Shown in pieces: positions 12,819 through 26,100 of a stretch of DNA of 64,000 nucleotides. Where the stretch lies: NCBI GenBank assembly GCA_002633005.1, contig NMRA01000047.1:1017326-1081325 (forward strand), in the 5' to 3' direction. The stretch is from Phoronis australis. Its lineage: Eukaryota > Animalia > Phoronida. The notes beneath the pieces are model-generated. The model did no database searches. It was not told the DNA's origin and saw only the letters and a program-made list of their open reading frames with translations. Within the stretch, counting starts at the first letter, position 1, and each line of letters opens with the position of its first letter. The position numbers and the translations under genes are program-made.

Positions 12819-12849
12819 NNNNNNNNNNNNNNNNNNNNNNNNNNNNNNN
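12819..12849. other. Assembly gap (run of N)
   Basis: 31 N bases. Confidence 0.99.
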
Positions 12850-13074
12850 GGCACTCAGAGTTTCAAAGTTATTTTGTCTGGTCTAAAATCATTTCGTGTA
12901 ATGCTTATTCTGAAAGTCTTCCCTTTGAAAGTTTTACAGTTGAAACGGATAGACTAAGAATCATTTTATCATTTTTTAACGAAACTGAAACTGCGCTGTC
13001 GCGAACATTACAGCGTCCTGTCGTTCAGTAACTTTTCCAGTCGTGAGGGGTGCTGAACGTGCGATAATATCTGG

Positions 13075-13285
13075 CTTAACTTAACTTACATTTTTATCAG
13101 CCCATCCCAGTCAGGCTAGATACGATCTGATCGGAGATTAGAGCAGTATCAAACAAAAGAGCGCAGGCCCTCCAACCACCAACGCCAGAATGGAGTTAAT
13201 TGGCTACGGGGGGTTAACTTCCCAACTTGTTGTTGGGCTATACAATCGAACAAGTTGGGAGCAACGGGATGTCGCCATCATGAAA
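13075..13285 (-). mobile_element. Possible SINE/LINE 3' end with stem-loop and short tandem tail
   Basis: Minus strand ends ...gataaaaatgtaagttaagttaag; perfect 12-bp inverted repeat tcccaacttgtt (13220-13231) / aacaagttggga (13249-13260). Confidence 0.4.
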
Positions 13286-14163
13286 CCTGAAACACGCTTT
13301 CAGTTCTGCATGCCGTCGACGCGGGCACAGCTTCCGATTTGTTCTTGCGTATAATCAAAACCTGAATAATGGTGAAATAAAGAAAACATTCACAACCTTC
13401 TTCGTTTTTTAATCAACTGTTTGTGAATATAGTATCGCTCATAGAATTGCCGACAGGTGGAATCCTTTTTGCCTGTTTTTGAACAAGGCAACTGTTAGCA
13501 CTCATCCGATCATTTTATACACACGTGTTTGTGGAAGCAAATTGAGTTTAGCAATTGTTTCGGCCCGAGGATCGGACACTCCACTCTAAATGCTTTCAAA
13601 TCCATTTTTGTTGTCTGCGTCACTACATTCTTCCAAATCTGTGGCGTCGTCCAAAATGAAAAATTGCGCCCCATGACTTGGCAACTGAAGAGCTAGATTA
13701 TCAGCCCGGATATTGTTGCGCAACTATTGCTAGCGGCGAAAATGAACACATTTAAATACTTTTCTGTTGAATTTTTATTTAATTCCACTTCTAATGCGTG
13801 AAAATACTATCAAACCGTTTTTCGCACGTCTTTCAAGGCAACTGGCCATTTTACGCTGTGCACGCGCCAGAGGATCGGAGGACAGTGGTCGAACAATTAA
13901 ATCCACAACAGTCCACAATAGTTGCAAAATATTGCTTAAAATTACGTTATTTTATTAACATATCATTTGATTTAGTACTTTTCAAATTTTTATCGACGTG
14001 AGCGTGATTACTTGAGTGTACTTGTGAAGTTTCCTCGTGTATTCCAAGTTCACTCATACGCGATCTTGAAATAAGCAAGATTCCATTCACACACGGCAGG
14101 TTTTCACTTTTACCACTAGATGTCGTCCGAGAAATCGGCCTTTTCCGGTGCAAGACGGTGGAA

Positions 14164-17100
14164 ATGGCTGCCTTTCCCAGCCGCGACAGCCAACCACTCA
14201 AAAAGCGAAGGCTGGAAGAGTCAATTCTCGGCCCTCCTGATGTTTATCCGCAGGACCCCAAACAGAAAGAGGTTTGTGGTGTCTTTTGAAAAACTGTATA
14301 TCTCTGATGTGTGTGTATCTGAATCAGACCACTGACATCTATTCATGCGTTGACTCACTCCTGGGTCTCAGAATCTCAGATCAGAGAAGTAATTGTTAAA
14401 ATGCATTTTGTCTAGTTATCCTTCACCTCATGTGCGTATAAAGATTCACCACACTATTAGTTAAATGAGCCAACCGACATACTCCAGTGTGTAAAAATAA
14501 ACAGCCAATTAACGCCTTTTTCTGGCTTGTTCGTGTACTTTAAATGAAGTGTAGTTTGTGAGTACGCTATTCGACATATTCATTATATGACGAAAACAAT
14601 TTCTTTTGCAGTGTGGAGTTCATAAGAGCCTTAACAATTACTTTAGAAAGTAATCTGGTAATATCAGGATGGAAACATGCAGAAGACCACAGAATCATTT
14701 GCTCAACATTACCTGTCGTATTGTGCTATTTTGTAAAAAATTAATTAATATTTAAAACAATATTCACTGAATATTCTTTTAAGTGTTAATTCAGCTTTCT
14801 CTACTACATGTTTTAATTTGGCACTACGGCCAATTTCCAGCACTTGTGACACATTTAAATGGACTCCAAATATGTTTGGTGTTTCAGGTGTGGAGATCAG
14901 TGCTTGGTACTGCTTGTAAATAGCACCATCTGTTTGTAAATCAGTTGCCATCACACTCTAGAGACCAATTGCTGATTGTATATATAATTGTCCAAATCCC
15001 GTGTGAAAAAGGCGAAACGCCGCTCATGGGATGTATGACTTAATAGTTGGCTGTAAACAGTAATTACACAGATATCGGGTCCTCAGTAGCTCAGTGGTCA
15101 GAGCACTAGACCGGCAATCTAGAGACCTGTGGTTCGATTCCCAGTTGGGGTTCCTGATGTTTCTGTGTTTATTTGATATATTTCATTACTGGCCAACCTC
15201 AGCGTCTATATATTTACTATAAATAAAATGTGTACAGATGGCCTGACATAACATGATATACATGATATTTTATTTCTTTTGTCTGTCTTTGCTGTAAATA
15301 TACCCTTTCTAATTTTCTTTTTTTCAAGGATGAATTGTCTCACTCCAATGTGAAGCATGGTTTTAAGTTACAACTGCTAACACCAGATACTGAGGTAAGA
15401 GGATTTAAAAAGTTTCCCAAAGTTTTCTGCAAACAAGGCCTTCACCTGACACTGCCAAGCATCTTTACAATATATTTGGATTTGATTTTTGGTCTTCAAA
15501 ATATCTAAGTTGTTGAATATGCTCCAGATGTGTTCGCGAACAAAATTGACCTATATACGGTGCTTTACTTAGAGTGGCTATAAACTAGTGCTCCGGCCTG
15601 GAAATAACCTTGTGATTTAGACCACTTCGGTCTTGATTTGTTTGTTACTCGTATGAGAAGAGATTTTTGGGTTTGTGAAGAACTGAAAGTTCATTATTCC
15701 TTGAGATCTTACAAAGCGACACTTAAAATGACACGTCATGACATGACACTCCATGACAGTCAACTTGCAGAGCTTGGTCTCAAGCAGTGATGAACTGTTG
15801 ATTCCTTTGAACTGAAGCCCGGAAATCACCTTTTGATTTTTCCATAAAAGTCATACTTTTGATAACTCCTCTTGCGAAGGTGGTTGATTTTAAAAAAATT
15901 TTCTAGCAGCGTGTTTGTGAGCACTACAAAAGGCATTGTATGTGAAAGTTTTGCTCGAATCCGATCAGCCATTTTTGAGGTATAATGTTTTTCTAAGGTG
16001 CTACACATACCCTTAAGACGTCATGTGGTTCAAGCATTCTCAGTCAACTTTATTTATATGTTTCACTTGAATCAGTATGGGTCAGCTCGAGACAACAACG
16101 TTTCTCAAGACAAAATCGGCATCAACTTCAGCAGTATTTTGTCGAGAAAAGAAGAGATCAACACATTGGCTGACAATAAAGGCAGGAAACCACAGATCAA
16201 TATCCGGGAGAATTTCTGGCATGTGAGTCATACATATATTCAGTTACATCTAAGTGTTATTTTGGATTCCAAACTTGTAAAAATGGACTACTGTCTCAAA
16301 TTTTTGGTATTAGAGTGTTTTCTCCAGGAGAAATTGCCCTGAAGATGATTTTATATATGACAAAATTTGCCAGTAGTTTGCAATTGTGCAATGAAGTTAA
16401 GTTTTGTGTTCACTGAGAGCGCACGTATTTCAGATTCTGCCGGTTTTTGTGGTGTGTATGAATTTACTGTTTACATTTTAATTGCAACAGGTGGCTACAA
16501 AGTCAGCTCGCAACATGGAGAACTGGTTTGCTGACCTAGCCAGCAACAAATCACTGTCTTCATTATCAAAGCGTGTGAGTATGCTAGTGAAAGTTACTAA
16601 AGCTTATAGCAATACTTGGCAGCGCATTGCTATGGAGTGTTTGATCATTTTCAGTCTTAAAGAATATAATATTATAATGTTTCTTTAACAAAAGGTTATC
16701 ATTTTTATCTACTAGACCTATTCCATTACTGTTTTGAATTTAAATGAATTGTCATTTATTTTCTTCTCGTATCAGTGGACAAGTGTAATGCTTTATTTAT
16801 TGTGCAGGTTCCAATATTCAACAAGAAAGAAGAGGTGTTCAGTAACCTATTTGACAACAAAGTACCCCGTCTGTTGGCTGCTTGGTACATCAAGATGGCG
16901 TCGGCTTTTGCTGTCGCCAACTCAGAGACGAGAGCTCGGGGAAGTCGTAAAACCAACGTGGAACCACCAGTGGGTATGTGATGGAAAACTGCACACACTA
17001 TTGCATTGCCCCCAACCGTTACTAACCTTGTGATAACTTGTCCTTTAGTAACATTACTCAGGCGAGCCCACACATGTTTTACTTCACATGATGCTATAAT

Positions 17101-20100
17101 TGTAAGCACATTTTTGACTCCTTTAAAAATGATCTGTTTCATTGTTTGTATGCATGTTATCCACTTTCATACTGTGCGAAGTAGGTTTTTGCTAGGTTGA
17201 CATCTTACATTCATTTCAAAACTATATGGAAAAGACATTCTGTAGTTGAGGGAATATTTTGAACTTAACATCAAAATGGTCGCAGTCCTGCTTGAAGAGA
17301 TTTTGCAGCCAAATTACATGTGCATAATATCTCTGTCATTTCAGACTGGTGCAATGCTCTGACTAAGTACATGAACACCAACTTGTTAATGAAACTGTCC
17401 GACTATCACCAGTCTAACCAGTCGTCGACGACGACAAGTTTCTTGACGGCCACCCAGTCAAGCGCGGTCAACAAGGAGGAGGTACAGACCCAGTGGACAT
17501 ACCACACACACCTGGCCAGGCACATGTTTGAGGTGAGACCAGACTGGTGACCTGCAGATTTAAATATATGAATGATTCTATTACTATAAGATATTCGAAA
17601 ATCAAACCTGCAGTCTAATTTATTATTACTGTTATTATTATATAACTTCAAGTTTTTTAATGGTTGAAATTGTCCAATATTATTTTTGGTACATGTCCCA
17701 AATGGAATAGCTATTGGTGTGTTTGTATTTTAGGAGGGACTCCTTGACAGGCAAGAGTTTTTAACCTGGCTTGTGGATGTGCTGGAAAAAACCAAGATGG
17801 CTGACGAAACAATAATCAAAATGGTGCTGGATCAAACTGTCAAGGTACTTCCGATTGAAACTATAGATTTTGCTCAGGACTACTGTTTTGTGTGGTGTTT
17901 AAGTATGCTAGTGTAGCACATGGGAAAGCAAATCCTACTGGAGTATTGTGGGGGGACAAGATTTGTAGTGAATGTTTTTATTTAGCACAGCATACCGCAG
18001 TAGGTGTTAGCTTTATGCCAAGTGTAATGTATTTGACGAGTCACATGTGACTGAGGACCTGGTATGAGTTTGGAAGACGCAAAAATGTCCCGAAGGAAGC
18101 TAGAGTGATCATGTGCTTCGCTTGTAATACATAACAATATCTCACAATATCTCACAATGTCTCGCATGATCTTGTGAAGTTCTTGCGTTCTCGAGTTGCA
18201 TGCCAGTTCTGTGGCTCTAAGTCTTGCCATACTTGTCGCTGGTAGCAATGAATTGTCACTGTCAAAAATTTTTACCCATCTTTTGTTCAATTATGCATGC
18301 GTTCGTTTCAGTACGCCGGTGATATTGCCATGTCAGAGTTGTTGTCACGGCGACTCTGCACGTTCTGCTGTAAGAAGATTACCCAGATGTGCAATGAAGC
18401 TGGCTGCACGTCTCCTAGGACACAGTCGCCGTTGATTACTGTCGGCAACAACGGGTGAGTGGATGGTTTGCCTTTTTGTATTGTGATCTTCTAAAACGTT
18501 GTCTGGTGAGCAGACACGTTTTCATTTTTATCATCGCTCAGCAGAACTGTACTGAAAAGCTGCTATTGGAAAATGTGACAGTTTAACCTCACAAGCTGCC
18601 ATCTGAATTCCTTGTATGGTGGACCTTTGGCAGAAGTGCAAGGCATCAAATTTTGTGAATCTACCAGTATTTCTTGTAATTGCGATAACATCTGAGCCTA
18701 AGTTGCATTTCTGTTGCCTTCTCATCGTAATGTGTTGTTAATAAATGTTGTCTGGTTATGCAAAATTTCTCTTTTCTTTCAATAATCATTACTCTTTTAG
18801 TTTATTCATTGTATTGGTGAACGCTTTTACATTTGTGGATAACTGTACTGTGAAATACCTATTTGTTGACAGGTCTGTCACCACAACGTCAGCCAATCAG
18901 CCGACCCAACACCCTGTCAGTTCCGCCTTCTCTGAGTATTGCAACTGTCCTCAGCATCGGTCAATCCTACTGCAAATGAGTGCCATTGTACAGACAATCT
19001 GTCTTAAGTGTCCAACGGCACTGGTCTGGAACTCCATTGGGGACAATAAAACATCCTCTGCCCTGAGTGGCTCACCCCTAGACCACCTGGTGTGTGCCCC
19101 TGCGTCACTGCCAATACCTCCCGGGCCCCACAATCAGCAGGTGAGAGACGTTTAGTCTTCAAACAATTGGTGGAAATGGCATTGTAAAGAATTCTAATGA
19201 GCTGTTCTTGATGGAACAGTCTAATTAATTTAAGCAGTAAAAACCCGCCTTCTGAAGAAAAGAGTAAGTTTTGATGTAGATCAACTACCTGTAAAGACGT
19301 TGGTCTCAGATTGTTCTTTGATCAAATAAGAGGCTATATCTAGATCAAGTTCTACAAGTTGGCTTGTCACATCGGAGTACTTTATGCACGTCTACCATGG
19401 CCTCGGGCTGTAAAGATCCGTCATTTTTTTCCAAGCCAGGAAACCACTTTGTAATTGAGTTAGGAACAATTTTATGTCATTTTTATAGTTTCAAGTGATC
19501 GAACTAAGAAGTTGATGGTTCGTGGGTTCATTGCTGCATAAATGTGCAGCCAGTGAAGGCATTATTGTTTGTGATGCAACATTTCTTTTTTATTCCATTG
19601 TATCACACTTTACCTGCAGAACCACTTATATGGGTGTAGACTGTTATTTTGGTGCAATCTCTCTTTTGTGATGTGTAAATTTCTCTCAGCATCTCCCTTA
19701 TGTTCTTTCACTTTGCCTCTTTCAAGATCCGTATAATGATTAAGTCCAAGGAAAACCAGATACGTCAGAGGAGCCTGGCAGCCGAGACGAAATGGTCGTC
19801 GGACAAATGTCAGCAATCAGCGACAGGTGAGTGATAGATGGGAGTGAAGGCGCATAGACAGTTTTAATAACGTACTGCGATTGCTTAATTCAGGCCAACG
19901 GGTGCATAAAATTTGAATGGCAATCACGTCTTATTTTGTCTTGAATGGTATATGTATTGCATTCAGATTCTAACTGAAAGGCAATGCAGAGCAATCCATC
20001 AAAACTTATATCAATGACCAAAATAACTATGTTAGCAGCAGGGTCAAGCACACTGTGCAAGGTACATGTTGTAAGTTTGCAGTCATGCCCCCCAAATCAA

Positions 20101-23100
20101 ATCAAAAAGAATTGGAAATGCTTAAGTGACTCGTCGGTCCTCCAAATTGGCTCATCAGTAACTTGACGCCTAGCCACGTTTTTTCGTTGGTGGCAACTAA
20201 ATCGCACAATACTGAGGGTATTGTGGAGATGAGTTTTCTTGTAAATATGTCACAAGCTACAAAACTATAAAGTAGGAGGTTTAGCTCAAAGTGTAAATGT
20301 CTGGCTAATTAGGGTGTATTAGTTACACCTGTGTGACCTAGTACAAGCCCACCTCACTCTGTTAAAAGTTAGATGCCGCTTCTACTCGGTTCTTGACAGT
20401 TTGCTTTGAAATGAGGCAATTCGGTCTGTCTCCATGTAAAATGTTTAATGAGATGCCATAACTTTATGTCAGCCATAACTGTCACCTTGTGATTTATTCC
20501 TGTATCTCAGGTAACACTATCAGCCGGACACTGCAGGTACTGGACACTCTTGATCGTCACAAGTTCAGCCAGACAGACCCGACTAGCTCAACAGACTCGC
20601 TGTATAGAAAGGTGTTCACCTCATGGCACAACAAGGACTCGGAGGTAACACCATCCGGTCACCAGGTGGCGAGACTGTCTTAACTGTAATTGCCAAACAA
20701 CATGTCACGTAAATCAACGATACTTGGTGACCTGGTTCAAAAATAGTTCAGCAAAGAGACAGTTTACATAGAGTGAAGCAGAAGAAATGATGCCCAGTTA
20801 TTAAAAGAATAAATTATCTCTTGACATTGTTATTGATGCCCAATGTTACAAGGTAATGCACTTTTTTGTGTAAAAACATTGCATGTGGGGATAATCTGAC
20901 CAAACCTAAGTATAATAATAGAAGTTAGTGTTGACTTACAAAGTCAATGGTAACACACCCTTGGTTTGGCTAATCATTACCATTTTCATCTGATTTCATT
21001 CTAGATTTTTGTAAGAGCATCGGTAAAACTAGCAGTGCCTGTGTGGCTCAGTGGGGAGTGTGGTTGACCCTAGTCCCTAAGTCTTGGGCAAAATCTGCCC
21101 GACTGCTGCAATGTTGTCCTTGTATACATTTGACCTGCTTTACTCCACTGGATTCAGCTGTAGATTTCCTAGCCTTTGTTGAGAAGTAACCTGGGATGGA
21201 CTAGTGTCGTTGAAACACTTGTTACAGATACGGGAGTTAGCAACCAGCCTGATGACTGATGTCATTTTTGCAAGTTTTCTGTAATAATGTTGTAACTGCT
21301 AGAGCATGTATTGGGAGATGACTTTTGAATGGGCTTTGTTTGGGCACAAAATTAATCTCGTCAAACACAATGTGAGCGTTGTATTATTGTCTCGGGTTGT
21401 AACAAGTGCAAGTCAGATGTCTATTGAGTCTTTTCTATTAAGATCATGTGGAAACACATGTGGACTAGTCCCAGTTACACGGACAACTTGATCTATTCTT
21501 TTCAGAATCAGTGTGGTGATGAGCCTATTGTCAACCTTCTGTGTGAGTGGGCTATGAGTAGTGACAGGGTTGGAGTGCACAAGGCGCTGGTCGTGGCTAA
21601 ACTACTGGCCAAGAGACAGTCGGAGCTGAACCCTGAGGTAAGGACCAAGAGGTGATAATGGGAGATTTGATATTCACCAGGTGCTGCTGACGAAGAACAG
21701 GTCCTCTATGTTTAATGGATTGTTCACAACATCCAGGTGTTCACCAGAGTGGGGATATTCATTGGCTAAGGGTCCTACATCGCTTCCTGATCAGGCCAAA
21801 AAATCATAGTTGACCTGCACTCACCCACCAAAAAACCCCACCCAGATCAATTTCAGCCAAGGTCTAATGTTTTTGTACACAAAGACATGTAAGCAAGTGT
21901 AAGCAAGGTTTGAAATGTCACAATTTGCCAAAGGGTGAGTAAAAAAATCCTACATCGATGGATTTTCTTTCCTTGAAAAATTGAGCAACTAAAATAATAC
22001 TGCACTGCTGACTCGATTTATGAAAGCAACCACCACAACTAGCTATGCTTTTTTAGCCTCACAATATTGTATATATGTGGTCTCTATAAGATGTCCATAG
22101 TGATTTTTGACCTTGCCGTTGTGTTGCACTCAGGCCCACTGTAATCATTTGAAAATATGTAGTGTCCCAGTTCTGCATTGTTGATTACGGTCAGATCTCT
22201 ATTATCCATGACGTGTCTTCCAGAAGTACTCGGACTCAGAGATGTCTGATGACAAAGAGGGGATCCCTGTGACATCACTCAATGACAACATGTTCCAGAA
22301 CGTTCTGTTCAACTTTTTGGACACTAAAGGGCCAGTTTTGGGTGCGTAATGTAGTTCTTTCTACTTATAAATTTTTGGTTATACCATAAAGCTCACCTAA
22401 GTTGGTTTCGTATAAATGGGATTTCTACTTCTTCGAATAAAATCTCTTGATTTTGTTGATTCAGACTTCTATGAGTGCTACTGTATTTACATCCCAGTAA
22501 AAGTCTTTTCTCAAAATTGTCAGCCAGAACAGTTAGGAGTGGTCATTACATATTGATTTAATACAGTTTACATTTACTTTAAATTCTTTTTAATTGTTAC
22601 TTTACCTTCCAATTTCACTTGTAATGAAATATCAACTACTCCCTGTCTTCAAGGTGAGAAGAGGTTTGATATGATGATATACTCTTGTATCCTTGTCATA
22701 AATGGTCAAAATCATTAGTCAGTGTTATTTGTGTAAAAAGAACGTCAATGACTGAATTATGATGTGTATAAATTCAGGTTACTTATCTTAATCGTTGTTT
22801 CCTCTATTTTCAGATGAGAACCCTTCACAACAAAACTCGGTTGCCTTCGGTAACCTGGTTCTACTGTTCTGCGAGCTGATTCGTCACGACGTGTTCTCAC
22901 ACGATCAGTACCTGTGTACGCTGATATCACGTGGTGACCTGAGTACACCCGCAGCATGTGCTTGGAGTGGGCAAGAGAGCTCAGACCTTATGAGTGTCAA
23001 GAGTGATGTCTACAGTGTCAAGCATGACCCGTCCAGTGTTGATCCTTCAGTGAGTGCTCTAGTGATAATATAGAACACTTTTTCCATGGTCTTAGTCATT

Positions 23101-26100
23101 TCAACCTCAACTCTATTTATAATATTGTAAACAATAGAATGATAAACATTTACATGTACTGTACAGTTACTGTATTACCTATCTCTTGTCTTAATTTTTT
23201 AACTTGGTGATTTTTTATTTTCACATACTGATAATTTGATATAAGTTGAAAATTTGAAGTAATGGATATTTCCTATTAAGTTTTCGATGTAGAGCGGGAT
23301 ATGGTATAGGGATAATGTGTATGAACTTTGAGAGTTGTCTTTCTTGAAAGTTTGTCAACTTTCCTAAAGCACGTTAATTGTAGGAATTGCAGTAAATCTA
23401 AATTCATCCTAAAACTGTGATCAGTTTCCTCATTTGCCAACATTGTTTTACAGTCAAAGTAAAATACCAAACTGATTGATTTGCTGTCTAATCTCTTCTA
23501 GATTCACGAGGAAGACGTCGACATCTTTGGCGGTGCATTCAAGGATGAGTCTCGCTCTAGCCCCGCCCAGCCTGCATCTGTCAAGTCGGATCGCGAGTTC
23601 CGTCAACAGGGCACGCCCGTACACGCGGCCCATGCCAGCCCAGCACAGGCACCAGAGCCCCCTAGAAGACAAAATCGACACTTGATATACGTGACCCACT
23701 TCCCAATTCCCCAGGATGACTATTACAGTCATGAGTGCAGTCAGCGACAGATAACCTTGTTTGGAGTTGGTAAGTGAACAGTGCCTGAACGTTAACTGCT
23801 TAGAAGGGATGAGCCTGTTCTCAAATATTATTTCCTCTGATAAAATGACAAATAAACAATAATGACTTTGCAATATTCTGTACTAACCACTTGTTTTTTT
23901 TTTCTTATAAAGTGAAAAAAGTATCTCAACCGCATTTATATTGAGCTACAAAACAACCTCATTACTTTCACTTTCATGTGATTGGGCTCTTATCATTACT
24001 GTACGGTATTAAACAAAAATTTCACCAAATCGTCTGTTATTTAATTAACTGACTGTGCTTTATCTTTTTTAACCATTTCAAGATCTCTTTGTTATAGGCA
24101 CTTTAAGTAATTTTTGGCATTTCACCATCTTTTTGTATAGTTTGAAGCAACAAAACTCTGTTTTTGTTTGCTTGGGAAACGTTTCTGATAGTTTCGTACT
24201 GTTGTTGCAGGCAAGGGTCAGGAGGAGGTCAAAAAAGCTAAGCGTGTAACCAAGGAAATTATGAAACTGTTCAGCAAGAAAAACTGCATTGATGTTACCA
24301 GCGGTGACATGGTAAACCGCACCAAGAGGAAGAAGGATGGTGAGGGTAGCGTAACCACAGCGACCACGACCAGTAGTCTGGAGACCATCTGGGCGCGGTT
24401 CTCACGGTTATCCTACTATGATCAGCACGCTGTGACTACGACGTGTGCCACACAGATGGTGGAGCAGATCGGTGGGTTTGCCAAGGGAAGTTGGAACACC
24501 CTGCCGGTGATAGAGAACGTGGCATTCTTGTTCGAGCTGATGGAATCTTGCCTGAACATTTGTGGATTGACTGAGTTTGTGATTCAGGTGAGAGTCATGA
24601 TTGAAGACGCCACTCGTTTGTCATACAGGCGAGAGTCATGGCTGGACACGACACTCGTTTCAGGTCAAATGCTCTCGATCACATGTCCACATGTAACCAT
24701 TTCTCACCTTAGGTGACACATGTCAGCCACATTATCGCATACCTTGACAGAATCTCCAAACTATAGAGCCATCATCTGGTTTCTTCCCATTCAGGTACCT
24801 TGAAAGTCATGAACTGCCTATTTCACCAGGTAGTGGTTCCCACTGCAAACTTTCATTCACTAAGTTGAAGTACAGTTTCAGTCAACACTGGATGTCAGAC
24901 CTTCATATAATTGGATACAAAATACATCACTTATGAACGCACTAGGACGTTCACTTATTACTAGTAGTCATTCGTTGGTTAACTGTAGGTTTTCACTGTT
25001 GTAGTTGTTGAAAGAGCTGAGTGAACTTCAATCACAGCTTCAGTCACAACTGTCGGAGAAGAGCTCTGGTCTGGCAGGCACTTACCCTGGGATACTATGT
25101 CTCAATATTGTGGCTATATTGAGGAACTATCATTCTTGTCTACTTCTGGAGCAGGATCAGTGTGGGACAGCGTTTGAAGGGTGAGTGTTGTGGGCTGTAT
25201 GGAGGGAGGGGAGGGCTACATGGGTGCACTGTGTGTTGGTACCGTAATCGTAGTGACTGTTTGTGACCTGGGGTTACTTTCTCTGGAACCTCTACCTCCA
25301 AAATTTGCTGGAAACTTGACCGAAATTTGAATTTTAAATGGAAGCGTGCCATGTCATTGGTCAGTTTTCAAGTTGGGCTTTAAGTAAGCTTCGGTAATGT
25401 CAGACCCAAGGGACGTTATCATTGTTGGAAGGTAAATGTATGTATGTAATTTCTTACAACATGGCTGTCTCTCTAATGTGTTCACGAATAAAAGATAGTG
25501 CAGTAAATTCGTAACAGTTGTAACTATCTAAATGGTGGTAGTTAGGATTTTATTCAAACATAGTGGACACCGTATCACTATAGCTGATCTGAAATCGTTC
25601 ATCCTTTAATTATTTGGTTTGAAAAAGGAATCGACTGTTCACATTGCCATTATGGTGTTAGTAATAGATCCAGTAGACTCCAAATGTTCAAATGTTCATA
25701 GCGTGTTATAAAGGCTAATGGTGAGTGTTGATTATGTTTTCTCCCTTGCAGACTTGTAAGTGTTGTGAAACATGTGAGCAACCCATCAGCCTGCACTTCA
25801 TTTGAGCGATGTATCCTGTCTTATCTATACGACCTGTATACTTCCTGTAGTTACCTAAGGGTAAGTATGACTGTGCGTAACTGTATACTTCCTGTATGGC
25901 TGTGCTTAACTGTATACTTCCTGTAGTTATCTAAGGGTAAGTATGGCTGTGCTTAACGTAGAGCAGTTTTTTGCAATTCCATGTAAGATCGCGCTAATGA
26001 CAGGCAAGTGTTTCTCATGACTTTACTTGGGTAGATTAGTAAAGTGGCTGCCACTGAAGTGATTTATCGGTGAGGCTGAAATGGTGAATTATGTGGGGAA

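Noticed and set aside
13510-13675. Short minus-strand ORF (about 54 aa) upstream of MED12
   Set aside because: No recognisable homology or consistent exon structure.
15080-15152. Functional tRNA-Ala gene
   Set aside because: C33, a GGC anticodon, a bulged T-stem and weak acceptor pairing.
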